64,000 nucleotides of DNA, taken from the human T2T-CHM13v2.0 reference genome, Homo sapiens. The notes under the pieces were generated by a model, which ran no database searches, was not told where the DNA came from, and saw nothing but the letters and a program-made list of their open reading frames with translations. The position numbers were made by a program, and so were the translations under genes. The stretch lies in assembly GCF_009914755.1 (NCBI RefSeq), contig NC_060939.1; one strand, 5' to 3'. Position 1 is the stretch's first letter. Every line of letters begins with the position of its first letter. Shown here one piece after another: positions 13,090-26,531 of the stretch.

Positions 13090-13281
13090 CCTCCCTTTCT
13101 TCCTTCCTTCCTTCCTTCCTTCATTCCTTCCTTTCCTCCCTCCCTCCCTCCCCCGCTTCCCTGCCTCCCTCCCTTCCTTCCCTCCCTCTCCCCCTCCCCA
13201 TCCTTCCCTTTGTCCCTTTCTCCCTTCCCTTCCCTCCTCTCCCCTCTCTCCATCCCTCCCTTCCTCCTTCCTTCCTTCCTT
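13090..13281. repeat. Polypyrimidine (CCTT)n/(CCCT)n low-complexity tract
   Basis: Seen directly in the sequence. Confidence 0.95.
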
Positions 13282-14379
13282 AGTAATTTCATTGGAGAAC
13301 TTGAAAACAATTTAAAAAGCATGTATTACTTCTACATACAAATTTTCATTATGCTACTTGTCAATACCCGTGGGGGCAGTGATTTGAATTACTGGGAGCT
13401 ATATTAGCAATGTTATACTCGGTATTTGGAACAAACAACCCCAGCTAAGGGAAAGCCACTGGACTAGGTAGCTATAAGTCAATTCTGTTTTAGTGGCTTT
13501 GAGCTTTTTTCATCAAGTAATAAAGATGAAAAGAATGGATGGGCATCTTTGTGCCAAGAATAGTGTCAGTGGGAATAGAAAAGGAAAGGTCATTACCTCT
13601 GCATATAAGTTCCATCTGATCAAAGCTGAATTACTCAGTGATGTCAGGTTTTTATAGCTGTTCTTTTATAGCTATAAAAATATCTCTACTGTTGATATTC
13701 CTGAAGGGAAAATAATGCAGTTATTGCCAGGCTGAAACCCTGAAGCACAAAGCATCTTTATCCCCGTTGAATCAATTGCCTTTATAATTCAAGTCTTGGT
13801 AACGCAAGTATTTTAAAAAAATACTATAATGGAAAGAAAATTTGGTTATGCATTGAAAGAGAGAACCCTACAAGGATCGAGTAGGCGATTCATACCCTGC
13901 AGCATTTCCAGTCCCATCAGGGGACCAAGGCAGGTGACTTTCATAGTAGATGTACTGATGTAAACTTCACTTCCACAAAGAAATATGCTCTCTGCCATCA
14001 TCCCTTCAAGTCTACCTTTTTATTTTCCCATTTTTCATAAGGGCATAATTGCAGAGAACTATTTCTCTACTATAAAGAAAAATGCCACCGTGAGCAGCTG
14101 GCAAGTGGCACTGACCCTAATCTTCATTGAGTAGAGGGTGGCTGAGACTTCAGGGACCTGGCAAGCATGTGCTCCCTCCAAAGGGGCATAGCTACCCGGC
14201 CAAAGCTGACTCTGCAGAATATTCATCAATAGCTAATAAATGAAAGAACATTTTTGATGGCTATGTGAATTCTCCAAGTTTTATAAATGTTGGCTCAAAA
14301 ATTTTTAAAGTACCTTATTTACCAAATCAATTACTCTTGCGAGTGGGATGCAACCACTGCTAGTGGAATAAACAAAGTT

Positions 14380-14610
14380 CTGCTCTAGAAGTCAGAAAAA
14401 TGAAATCCTGGCTCTGTGTGTTACTGTTGTGTGGCCTGGGGCATTACTGGACTGCTTGGCTCTCAGTTTCAGCACTTGCAACATTTATGGGTTTTTTTGT
14501 TTTTCTTGTTTTTTGTTTTGTTTTTGTTTTTGTCTTTGTTTTTTGATAAATAAAGCTTCCAGCAGAGGGTCTTGTATATACCAGGTCTTTAATAAATGTT
14601 AGGTGATTAA
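14380..14610 (+). mobile_element. MIR SINE containing a (TTTTTG)n run
   Basis: aatcctggctctg...tgtgtggcctgggg...tctcagtttc; T/G run at 14490-14545. Confidence 0.55.
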
Positions 14611-15209
14611 AAATGCACCTACAAAAATCTATTATCATAAGATGATGTATCAATTAGACAATGCAGATAAAGCAATGGGCAAAATTCAGTACCCATTCTG
14701 AACAAAACTTATGTTAAATACAGAGACTCTTTCATGATAGGGTTACTACTTACACCCAAAGTAATTTAAACCTCATGAAAGATGCTTTCTTGAAATTGCA
14801 TTTAATATTTTCCACTGTAACCTATATCTTATTCTTAGTTAACCTAGCTAAGATCTAAGACAGAAAAGGCTTGAGAAGATTTCCACTCCCCAGGCAGGCA
14901 ATCAAAGCCTACATGATTTCCCTAAGATCCCACAGTGAGTCACGGGATGCAGGCAGCATTAGATGTCAGTATTAGTCCACAAGATAAGTGAGCAAAGATA
15001 TTTCCAACACAACATTTTAAAATGTCTTCCTTGGGTGCTTGGTTACTTCAATTATTCCAGGATGATCTGGTGATATCTGGTGACTTTGTTTGGATTCCAA
15101 AATGCCATACTAAACTCAACAGGTGGACGTCCTTTATCTTTGGATTCAAGGAAGAAATGAAATACCCAAGAAGCAAAGGGGACTTGAGATGCGGAAGAGT
15201 TCAAGAAGG

Positions 15210-15364
15210 TAGCGGAGTAGTATTTGCCAGTTTTCAGTGTGTAAATACTCCTTCCACGGCCAGTTTCAGGCTACCACTGTGATGTCAACCAGCTTGCCAA
15301 TTTTTTGAAAATTTAGTAATCAGCTCTTTCATGCCACTTGAAGTAGACTCCAGCACAACACCAG
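15210..15364 (-). mobile_element. MER63-family (hAT-Blackjack) fragment
   Basis: gtgtaaatactcc...ggccagtttcaggctacca...tccagcacaacac terminus. Confidence 0.7.
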
Positions 15365-15924
15365 CTCTGCCTGTCTTCATTTCTGTGAATTACCACCTGA
15401 AAACATGGCTTTGATGATCACATACTTGGAATAATACTCTTGTTTTTGTTGTTGCTTTTTCAATTTATTTTTAATTGCCCCAAATTATTTTTTTCTGGTA
15501 CCACTCATATGTAAAATGCAAGTAATTTGCTTTTTGGCTGTGGCATGGGTATAAATCCTGCCATATGAAAGAAGAGAACATCTTATGGCTATACCCTTTC
15601 AAGCATCTCTCCTCCAGCTCTTTCTGGCGTAATGCCTGATGGAAGGGAACAGCTCATAAGTAGAGACTGAGAAATATGGTAATATTTTGACTTATAAATG
15701 TTTCTGAACATTTCTCTCTGTCAGGATTGAACCAATCTTGTCCTAAGATTCTTCTAGCCAAGAAGCTGTTGTACTGCTTTAGGGTACAAAAGAAGCTCCA
15801 AACACCATGATGACTAAAATAAGGGAAGTAGAGGAGAGAGGGAAACCCCGGTGATCCTAACAATAAGAACAAAACCAATATATCATATTTTTGTGGCCTT
15901 TTAGATTACAAAGCACGTATACAC

Positions 15925-16520
15925 ACATTCTCGGAGTTCTGGATATTGCATTTTAAGAGGACATTGATAAATGGGAGAACATCCAGAGGAGACCATTGAC
16001 AATAAAAAATACACTGCAGGATTGTTTACAATGGGCCATGGACTCTACCAGTGGTTTCACCTGTTCAATCTTATTTAATTCTTTCAACTCTCCTATGATC
16101 TTATAGAGGAGGAAAACAATAATCAGAGATTATGATTAGCAATTTGTCTTCTCTCATGTATTTGGTGAATGATGAAGCTGATATTTAAAACCAAGGAGTC
16201 TGATTCCAAAAGTTGTTCTCTTAATAGATAGTATTCAAACCATGTTTTGCCTGAAGTAGAGATTAACCACTGACATACTAAATGTTTCAAGTTCTCAAAA
16301 GCCCCTCATCTAGATTGAGGAATTACATCTATGAGTGTCCCCAGAAGAAGGCACTAAGACCAGAATGTAGAAAATGCTAAAAGCTGACATGGAGACAAAA
16401 TAGGCTCATCTTTCTTTAGCAGAAGCCTGAAATGGAAGGAACCATCTTGGGCAATCATGATTTTCTCATCATTAACTGATGCCCAAAGACTGGATTATAG
16501 GTTTGGGGTACTTCTAGGAA
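15925..16520 (+). mobile_element. L3/CR1 LINE fragments, interrupted by an antisense MIR at about 16010-16225
   Basis: ttttaagaggacattgataaatgggagaacatccagaggagacc matches the CR1/L3 3' region. Confidence 0.6.
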
Positions 16521-16559
16521 GAATATGGACTAAGAAGTGTAGTTTCAATTAGATAACCT

Positions 16560-16780
16560 CCCTGTGCTGTCCAGTGCAGTAGCCACTATCCACGTGTGGC
16601 TATTTAAATTTAATTAATACTGAGCATAAATTAAAATTCAGCTCCTCAGTCATACTAGTCAAGCGTCATGTGCTCAATAGCCATCTATGACTAGTGACTA
16701 TCGAGTTGGTGGACATGTTGGGTGTGCAGATGTATAGAACATTTCCAATATTGCAGAAAGTCCTACTGGATGGTGTGGTT
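16560..16780 (+). mobile_element. MER3 (hAT-Charlie)
   Basis: tgctgtccagtgcagtagccactatccacgtgtggctatttaaatt...agaacatttcc...gcagaaagtcctactgga. Confidence 0.8.
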
Positions 16781-17659
16781 CTGAACTATAAAATCTGCCT
16801 TTTAGAATTCTCTGTGATTTTGAGAAAAGCAGGATGAGTAATAATTCTGATTTCGTGAATGAGAAAATTGAGGATAGAAACTTTTTTCCTAGCCTAAGTG
16901 CTAACACTTCATGATCCTCGGATGCCTACACACACCTTGCTCCCCATCACCAAACACCTGTTTCCACCACTGCAGCTGCAGCTGCTGGGCTGTGGGTGTG
17001 CAGGCAGACTCCCTTAATTATTTCCAGTGCTTCGTTTTTGTGGCCATAGGAGAACCTGGTAATGTGCTGTTTGGTGTGTAGATAATTATCAGTTATTCGT
17101 GACTCCCCTTTCATTTGCCCACAGAGCATTTCCTGAGATCTTTGAAAGCAACTGGGCCACAACGCTTTGTGGGCAAAGAGAGGAATTATAGTAGCTGTGA
17201 GGAAAATAAATTGTGATGTCAGCTTGATTACAGTGTTGGTTACTGCTCAGTCAAAACTTTGTGATAAAGAGCCTTTCCACAGGAAATTCATTTACAGATA
17301 CCATCTACCATCTAGCACAGCACCTCCTGCTGACCACCTCGGCAGCAAAGGGAGTGCTACAGGAGTACCCGTGGTCAGCTTGGTATTGACATTAGGGCGG
17401 ATCCCTGTGGAAGGTGCAAGCCTTGCAGTACTTCCTCAATCCAATAGAATTGAAATTTATTCATCTCAACATTCAGGCAACTGATTTAAGAGGAAAAGCA
17501 TTCAAGACCTGAGGTGCCTACTCAACAAATCCACACTAATCTATTATTGACTGGCTGACTTTCTAGTGGGTTCTGACCTTTATTTATAGTGTCTTAACAA
17601 TACATAAATCAGAAATAGTCACCATGGGGTGGTGCATGCTTTAATTTTGGATAACATTC

Positions 17660-17880
17660 AAGAATAAACACTTGTGGAGCCTTCTCTGTGCCAAATAGTA
17701 AGCTAGGTATTTCTACAATACCTTATCCCACTTAATTTGCATATCATCAACACAAGATAGGTATTATCATCATCCTGATTTTATAAATGAGGAGACTGTG
17801 GTGTAATGAGCAGTAGATCTGGAAGTTAACCTCAAGTCTTCAGATTCGAACTCTAGTGCTTTTTCTACTAATACATAGCT
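17660..17880 (-). mobile_element. MIR SINE
   Basis: ataggtattatcatcatcctgattttataaatgaggagactg. Confidence 0.7.
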
Positions 17881-18184
17881 ACCGCTTAGAAGAAAGGCGG
17901 CATAAGATTTTGATTTGAATATCCTATTCCTGGACTCCCAGGATATCTCACTGTATCTCATCAATGCCTCACTAACTTATTGCCTCCCTTTGCCCCCAGA
18001 TAATGTCAACAGTAACAATATTACTCAAATGCTACCAATATGTAAGTTGGTCATTCTTTCTTTTTGTTTGCATATAACACTTCCCCTACCTAAAAATGTG
18101 TCCTCCCTTCCCCCATAACTCTGTATTAATCCCTGACTTTCAAGATCATTTTAGTAATCTTATCACTTCAAGACAGCCATCTGG

Positions 18185-18563
<379 letters not shown>

Positions 18564-19554
18564 TTATGCAGGACCCCCGAATAGACCAACTTTTCCTTTA
18601 AAACTCATTTATAATGCTACTATATCATTAATTAGTTTTCATGGCACAGGTGTTTTAGTGTGTCCATCTTGCATACTTTTAATTGTGTATCTCTTTTGAG
18701 GAAGAAAGCTATCTTTCATTGCTGGTGCTCCTTTCCTTTAGTATGCCCACATTTTTTATCAACAGAACATCTAGTATTCAAATTTAGAAGCAGAGATCAA
18801 GTTGTCTAAATGGGTTGGTTCCTTTTTTGATTTGAACTCTAAGGCTTTTTTATCCTGCTGGTTTTTTTTTTTTAAGCCACCTGCCTAGTTTAGTCCTCTT
18901 ACACAGTGATGAATTAGAATTCATACTGCTTGTTATATTAGATATTTCTTTCTTTAATACCCATAATGATTCTTGGCCACTAAGAGACACATCAAGTCAA
19001 CAACTTGATGTATATATCATATCAACTACACTTTGTTCCTGTCATCTGAATTATTATCAGAGGCAAAGAGTAATTGGGGAAGCCCTGAAAGGCAATAATC
19101 ACCACAAGCCATTATCATAGTTTACTGAATTTGATGAATAATATTATTTTGACCTCATATCACATTTGTCTTTCAAGGAGTTGTTGTACCTCATAGTAAT
19201 TACTAAATACCTAGAATCTACTGTCACTCATTGTATGGAGACCATGGAGGCGTCAAGGAATGACTTGAACCTGGACATAATTAGTTCTGGACATAATTAA
19301 TAGTAACACCTGAGATATCCAGAAGAGTAAGGGATAATCCACTTTGAATGAGAGGAACTTAAGAAGAAATTGAAGATTATCCTTCTAAGTCATGAGGACT
19401 TTTTTATTTTAATTCATTTCTAAAATAACCTTTCTATTTTCTGCCTAAGAAAATAGGGTGGCTTGTAAGAAAATTTAAAATTTATCCTTGTCTCCTGAGT
19501 GAGGGTAATTGTTAGGAACGTTAAGGAAGGCCCACACAGGTAAGATATGTATAG

Positions 19555-20300
19555 TTCCAAAGGGCCTGGGCTTTGGAGTCAAGCAGACCTGGATTTAAAT
19601 CCTCGTTTTGTTATTTAGGATGCTTTGGGGTGCAAGTGATATAAAATCCCCAACTCAAATGTCTTACACAGCAAAGAAATTTTTATTTCACAGCAAGAGG
19701 TTGGGAGTAGCGTGGTTTCAGAGTCAGTCCATTTTTCACATCAGGAAGTCATCACAGACCCAGATTCTTTCTTGTTTCTTTGCCACCCTTAGTGCTTTGA
19801 ATTTGTCCTCGGGCTATGGTTGGACAGTATAGCAATGGCGTGTATCATAGCCAGCTACAGCAACATCCAGTAAAAGGAGGGACCGTCTCTTCTTTGGGTC
19901 TCTTTTGGAGAGGGACACAACCTTTCCCAGAAACTTCAGAGCAGCCATCTGTTCATATCCCCTCGTTTAGAATTGGGTCACACGCATACCCCTGAGCCAA
20001 TCACCGGCAGGGGGCCGGGGGCATCAGGATTGCTTTAGGGCAATTAGGATTCATCCGCTGGGACTGAGACGCATAGCCCCACAGAGGAGGGCGGGCAAGA
20101 AGGGACTGTAGGGAGAGGAAGGAAGGGACTGGTAAGCAAGGAAACATAGCTCACTAGCTGCGAGACTTTGGGCGCATTCATTAACATCTTTAAATCTTAA
20201 TTTCTAAATCAGGAACATGGAAATAATACCTACACTATACCTCATAGAAGTGTGAGAATTAGATCAAGTGACCTTTTCGCAGTGCCTGACATGCGGGAAG
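19555..20300. mobile_element. MIR (19555-19606 and about 20150-20300) interrupted by an old MLT1-type LTR (about 19607-20090)
   Basis: MIR 5' part ggctttggagtcaagcagacctggatttaaatcct; the MIR resumes at cactagctgcgagactttgggc; the intervening ttaggatgctttggggtgcaagtgatataaaatccccaactcaaa is MLT1-like. Confidence 0.65.
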
Positions 20301-20398
20301 GTTGATAGATCGTTTTGTTTCAGGGAACTCCAGACTTTGCTTCCCTGTTAATGCTGCTTCTGTCTGGTCTTTTGTGAAGAAACATACCGTTCCCAGTC

Positions 20399-20434
20399 GT
20401 GTGTGTGTGTGTGTGTATGTGTGTGTGTGTGTGT
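20399..20434. repeat. (GT)n microsatellite
   Basis: Seen directly in the sequence. Confidence 0.95.
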
Positions 20435-20979
20435 TTAGAATATATCCATGGTTCATATGGGAGAGAATTTCTTCTACTTAGCAAGCACCTTCAGAATCTG
20501 GAGGAACCTGCACTTATTTGAAGGCAATCAAAAAATTTTCTCTTTAGATGTCTGTGTAATTATGTATTTAATACTACATTTGAAATCAGAATTGGTTGAT
20601 TGAGATAAATGGAGATAAGCAGAAGCAACATTCAACAAAGATTTCATGTTCAAGTCATTGTGCAAATTACTGGGACAAAGGTGAGGCACAGCAAAAGCAA
20701 AAGAAATGTGGAAGAATGGTGAGTTTGTATAAAGAAATAGAATAGTGAGCAATAAGATAGAAAATGCCATGTGACAACACAATTGGCGAGCTTTGAGTGC
20801 TACGCCAGAAAGTCGGGACTTTATATTCTTAGCATGGGGCAGGGGACAGCAGGACCATGAAATATTTTCATTAGAGATTAAACATGAAGAAAACATTCTT
20901 ATAGAACCTAACCTGGTAGTGGTATAAAAGAACAATTGGAAAGTGTGTAAAGTACTTCCATCAAGCCAGTTAGGAGAAT

Positions 20980-21610
20980 TTAAGTCAGGTTAGTTACTCT
21001 GAAAAGACAAACAACCTTCAAACTCTCATGACATAAACAAGCAAATGTTTATTTCTCACCCATCTGATCTGTTTGTTTCCAGGAAGCAAGGAAATCTGTT
21101 CTTTATGTTCACACAGATATCCAGCCTGGTGGATAGTGCCACCACCGTAAATGGTGACGATTGCCATGACAAAGGGAAAGAAAGCTCTGAGGGGTATCAC
21201 ACCAGCAATTAAATGCCTTGGCATGAAGCAACACACAGTGGTGTGGTGGGGCCAGCTTATGCCAGCTCACAAAAGCCAATTGTGTGCGCCTCTTCCCAAA
21301 TCCACAGCCAAGTCTGTCGTGTTGATAGTTCTAAATCAGCCAGGCTAGGAATGTTTACACGACAGAAACTGGCAAGCAGTACAAATCATGGTTCCCTCTT
21401 CCTCCCACTCCTCCCCACCAAAAAAAGATACCTAGTAGTTAAACTTTTACCAACACGCCTCCAGATTCACTTCACTTTCACTCAGGACTCATTGGCCAGA
21501 ACTAGGCATGTAGCTCAACCCTGATACAAGGGGATCAAGAAGTTCAATCCTGCTATTGCCTCAAAGGGAGAGAGCCACAAATATTTAGTGAACACTAATG
21601 ACAACCACAG
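20980..21610 (-). mobile_element. Old MLT1 (K/L-like) LTR hosting a MER63A
   Basis: cattggccagaactaggcatgtagctcaacc and gcaaatgtttatttctcacc motifs. Confidence 0.55.
21236..21462 (+). mobile_element. MER63A (hAT-Blackjack)
   Basis: cagtggtgtggtggggccagc start and gttaaacttttaccaacacg end. Confidence 0.75.
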
Positions 21611-21736
21611 GTTAATGCCAGAGCCCAGGTGTTTATTCATTTATAAATTCATTCAACAATAACATCTACAACACGTTAGACTTTAACCTGGGAGCAGTAA
21701 AAAGGAGAAGCAGAAGAGTTTTAAGCACGGATGGGA

Positions 21737-22310
21737 TGCCAGTTATCAACTTCTTGCCTCTCAACTCCTAATCTACCCTCCACTGGCCGGCTTGAGATAC
21801 TGGAGATGGATCCTGTAAACATTTTCTTTTGCTAGTAGAGGCTGCAGGACGGACACTGAAGAAGGAAAGGGCTTGTTCCTGGTTGCAGTGAGATTTCTCT
21901 GTTTCTTGATCCTATAGTACTCCTCTGGTATGAGAGATGCTAGTATCAGTGGCGCTCATGTCCAGAAAGTTTCAGAGGCAACCTGAAGGGTAACTTCTTA
22001 GCAAGTTCCATGGATGCCTCAGTCAGTTTCCCAGCATGTACAGCAGCAGCACCCCCCCACCGCCTTCCAGGTGGCTTCCTGGTGGCTCTTCAGTGAGTCC
22101 TACTGATGCTGCAGTTTCTCAATGTGTTCAAAAGCATGCCCCATGGGCAGCTTCCCCACAAGTTTTTCTAGCACGTGAATATAGATGGTTTCCTGTCTGC
22201 CAGTCTCAACCTGGCAGTATCAGAACAGGAGACTTCCAGCTTGCCAGCCTCACCCCATAGCTCTCTGCCTGCTAACCTCCACCTCCCAACTGTGGAATAG
22301 CTCTGGTTAA
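21737..22310 (+). mobile_element. LTR41-like ERVL LTR
   Basis: tgccagttatcaacttcttgcctctcaactcctaatctaccctc resembles the LTR41 5' end. Confidence 0.6.
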
Positions 22311-22484
22311 GGCTACTTTATGACCACGAGGGATGTGGCACACGAGAGAATAAATCACCACCATGGAGATGAATGGAGAGCAGATAAACGATGGCTTCAT
22401 AGGTTCGCTGGAAGGTGAAGGAAATGTCTAGAGAAATTGAAAGTGAGGTGACATCATTGGCAATGGAGTAACAGCCAGGATTCA

Positions 22485-22712
22485 ACAGGATCAGGATGAG
22501 GGTGAGCCCACCAAGACCAAGTCATGCTACTGCAGGTCGGATCCTGTCTTTATTTAAAATGTAGATATTTTGCTCATTTTGATGTATTTTACATTAATTT
22601 TCATTTTTTAAAACATAGTACATTAAAATAGTATTTATCTTGATTACCGAATTTTTTTTTTTGGCACCTACTTAAATTGTGCATGCTTCCCTCACCCTTG
22701 TCCTGGCTCTGG
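22485..22712 (-). mobile_element. MER96B (hAT-Tip100)
   Basis: gatcctgtctttatttaaaat...tatttatcttgattaccga...ttggcacc...ctcacccttgtcctggctctg. Confidence 0.7.
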
Positions 22713-23133
22713 CAGCAGTTTCAGAGGGTCTGAGAGAGTTTGGGAAACAAGGGGAGTGGGAGGCAGGCAGAGTGGGCTGCCAGATCCCAGGCTAGAAAAT
22801 GCAGAACACGGTGAAGACAGCAAGAACCTTAACTAATAGGTCTGAGGCTAAGTAGTGATGGCAGTCAGAATGCTTTTAAATAAAGATGTTAAGGACATAG
22901 CAAGAGAAAATGGATAGAACAGAGTGCATATGGAGACTTTTTATATTGGTGATAGAACTAGTAAGCAGGTAATTAAAGATGATCCTCTTCATGAGGAAGA
23001 CATGATAATATATGCAGTAGGAAAACAAAAGACTTAAAAGGAATGACAAGGACTAACTAATAGGACCTGGCAATTATTTTGGTGAAGATGTGCAGTGGTA
23101 GAGGGCAAATGACAGGGAGGGTCCAGAAATGAC

Positions 23134-23635
23134 TGCATGGATGAACCTGGAGGACGTTATGCTAATTGAAATAAGCCAGACTTATGAAGACAAACATTGC
23201 ATGATCTCACTTATATGTGGAACCTAAAAAAGTCAAACTCATAGAAGCAGAGAGTAGAATGGTGGTTACTAGATGCTTGGGGGAGGGGGAAACGGAGAGG
23301 TAATGGTTAAAGGGTACAAAATTTTAGTTGTGTGAGGTAAATTCTGGAGATCTACTATATATACAGCATAGCATCTATAGCTGGCAATTCTATACTACAT
23401 ACTTAAGATTGATAAGAGGTTAGATCTTATGCTAAATGTTCTTACTAAAAAACAAGAACAACAACAATAATAATAAAGGGAGTGGGAGAAAACTTTGGGA
23501 AGTGATGGATGTATTTACAGCCATGTTGGTAGCATAGTCATCCCAAACTCATTGAGATGTATATATTAAATATGTGCAGCTTTTTGTATGTCAATCGTAT
23601 TTCAATATGGGGGTTTAAATAAATAAATAAATGGA
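23134..23635 (+). mobile_element. L1M (L1MA/MB/MC-type) 3' end
   Basis: catggatgaacctggaggacgttatgctaattgaaataagccag...tatgtgcagctttttgtatgtcaat. Confidence 0.85.
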
Positions 23636-23847
23636 TTTTTAAATAACAAATTTAAAAATGACTTCAATTATGGACTAGGACATTAGGAGACTGGTTGTCC
23701 CTTTAATAGAAATAAGGGTGTTAGTAAGAGAGGATCTGTCATGCTGAGTTTGGGGGAAGTGGCCATATCAAGATGGCTTTTCAGTCTGGGCTTGGTTCTT
23801 GTCGGGGTTGAGGCTGGAGATGTGGGTGGTATCCAGGTGGTGCTAGT

Positions 23848-23957
23848 GATGGCAGAGGTCTCTGAGGGCCTGTCTGTGAGATGGCAGAGGTCTCTGAGGG
23901 CCAGTCTCTGAGATGGCAGAGGTCTCTGAGGGTGAGTCTGTGAGATGGCAGAGGTCT
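23848..23957. repeat. 32-bp minisatellite, about 3.4 copies
   Basis: Unit gatggcagaggtctctgagggcc(t/a)gtctgtga starting at 23848, 23880, 23912 and 23944 (partial). Confidence 0.95.
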
Positions 23958-25626
23958 TTGCAGACCAATGCAGAGCAGGTGAGGGAATGCTCAGTGGGAA
24001 ACAATCACTTTTGAAGACCCGTACTCGGCTCCCCACCCTCCCAAGAGTTGATCCAGGCTCCATAAACACCAATCTGGCCTCAAAAGACACCCCGATTCCT
24101 CCTTGGACCTGGACCCAGTATAATAACTCCCCTTTCCTTCATAGTTTGATCAGAAGAATTTAGTTTCCCAAAAGCAACTTTTACTGGAGAAAACTAATAA
24201 CAATCACAAAAATTCCAAAAGCCTAACAATAAGTTGTTTTCAGACTATGCTCTGCTCATTGAAACTGAAATGTAACTAGACTGTATAGAAATCAGGTCAC
24301 CTGCAGTCCTGCCCCACCGAGCTCAGATTCCTCTTCCTTGACATATGCACACCTATTTCTCTAGCCTGCTTGTTTCATCTTAATCTTGTTCATTAACAGA
24401 TTGGTAAGGCTGTTTATACCAGTTGGAGAAGTGATGGTTCCTCACCAATTGTTCTAAAATAGCATTTAAGGTCTCCGTGGGGGCACACACAGAGATATAC
24501 CATGAGAAGAAAATTAATGATGCCCCAACCAATGCACAAAAAACCTTGGTTGAAATATTTCAGAAATCTACAAAAGAAAATATTTTTCCCTAGCATATAT
24601 TTTTGTGTGTTTTCCATAATGAGGGTGTATTACATTTTCCATAGGTAAAAAATGAATTGCACTTAAAAGTAATTAGAAAACCACAGTGCTTAGAGATTTA
24701 TCTAATACAAAACAGAATAGTCAAGTTATCATGTTTAGAAAATAGCATTTTTGCTTCTGCAGAGGAGTTGGGCATTTTCTATAGGTAGTCCAGGGTACAT
24801 TTGAGAGAAGTCTATTATTTCTTGTATTATTTGGTACATACACCATTAGAGAGACTTGAAGAAGGCTTTTACTGATTAAATATTTACCAGTAAATGCTTG
24901 ACAGCAACCTAACCACCTCTTAAGCATTCAAATAAGTGGTGAAAGTGTCCCAGAGGAAAGAAACACAGGGAAATTATATAAGACAGAATTTCTAGCAACT
25001 CCTTTAATGCATGCTTTATGACCTCTGGAAAGCTAAGAGAATATCTGGTTTGTAATATATTTCACACCTTTATCTTTCAAAGGCTCTACTTAGAAAATCC
25101 TCCACATTCATTGGTATTGCATAACTAATTTCGTAGTTTTGGAAAACCAAAGAGTTGCCTCAAATGAAGAAAAAAAGCCAGAAATTCCAAGATGACCTGA
25201 CAAGGAAGCTCTTGGCATGCCTTGATCTTTTTTCCACCCATCCAACATGCATGCATTCAGATGCATATACTCTGGTAAGCAACATACTTACTGCCATGGA
25301 GGCTGTGAAAATGACTAAGTCACCCTGAAAGTGACTTGCATTTTAGTAGGAAAGATAAGATAGGCACACAAAGAACTAGAGCAACACCAGGGAGCCTGTG
25401 ACAGGTGGCCCAGATCTTCAAAGATGGTGCTGTGAGTAGGGAATAATCATGTTTTACTGGGAAAGCCAGAAAAAGTTTCGATTCAGAATTAGTTGAAGCA
25501 TCTGAATTTGGGGAAAGTATTTCCTTCAGCAGCCTTGTATGGCAGGCAGGGAGGGACATCCAGGCAGGAGAAAGAAGATAAACAAGAATCAAATTCAGGT
25601 TTTGGAAGGACCTGGAGCTTATATAA

Positions 25627-26531
25627 TTATCACAGCATTCTTTGAGAAAAGTAATATCAGAGTATTTTTTAAATTGATAGGGCCCTTCCACATCCATGAG
25701 TGACCCTAAAGCTTAAGTTTCCTGAGCCTCATGGGTCCTCCACTCTTGAGACCAAGCTGCAGAATCAAGCAGACTGAGTCCAAGTTGGTTTCTGTCACTT
25801 GCTATGAGCATTCATTTCTTCAAATAATATCTACTTCAAATAATACCTACTTATAAAGTTAAATATAGCAACCTGATATTTCTGCTAAGGAACTATTCCT
25901 CCCTTACTCTCAGACAAATTGCCTGAGCCCAACTCTAACTTCATGGGTGGGTTATACGGCTTGGCTCGTGAAATAAGTGTAATCCACTGGGCATGTGACC
26001 CGAACCAGGCCCAACTGAATCGATCCCCCAAGATATTGCTGTAGCCAACAATACTTCCTTTTCCACTGGGGTGCTAAAGGAGTCGAATGTAAGCCTAGAG
26101 CAGCTGGTGGAATTCGAAGCCAACAGAGAGAACTGCAGAGTCTAAGGACAGAGATAGTAGTTTAATGGCACTTCTGAGCTGTGCTTGCACCAGTTCAAGA
26201 GGGTTTCTGCTGTTTCCTGTCACTAGGGCCCTAATACACTACAATGATGGCAATCCTATAACGTTGGATTACCCAGCAAATATCTAACCATTTGTTGATC
26301 ACCTGCTATGTGCAAGGCAGGGCCTCCTGTGCTGGTCTCTGCTAGGAACACAGAGTTGAGGTCCTGCTTTCATAGAACATTTGGGTGCTACTTGACCACA
26401 TGGAATGACTGGCTTTAACTCTGTCCAGCCAACTTTCCCCTGTTTTATCACAGCACTCTTTGAGAAAAGCAATAGCAAAGTGTTTTTAAAATTGATAGGT
26501 CCCTTCCACATACATGAGTGGCCCTAAAGCT
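25627..26531 (+). repeat. 87-bp dispersed direct repeat (25627-25713 and 26445-26531)
   Basis: ttatcacagca.tctttgagaaaag...ccctaaagct in both copies; 9 mismatches and no indels by eye. Confidence 0.95.

Noticed and set aside
13649-13679. 16-bp palindrome ttttatagctataaaa, and small tandem duplications at about 19271-19299, 25816-25852 and 48292-48311
   Set aside because: They are short and AT-rich or ordinary slippage duplications, as expected in 64 kb.
21830-21850. CTCF site expected in the LTR41-like element
   Set aside because: The motif is degenerate here (gctagtagaggctgca) and lacks the GGGCGC core.
23683-24090. 135-aa ORF and a CRISPR-like appearance of the 32-bp repeat
   Set aside because: The units are contiguous homologous tandem copies without unique spacers, the context is eukaryotic, and there are no cas genes. 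The ORF has no recognisable homology.
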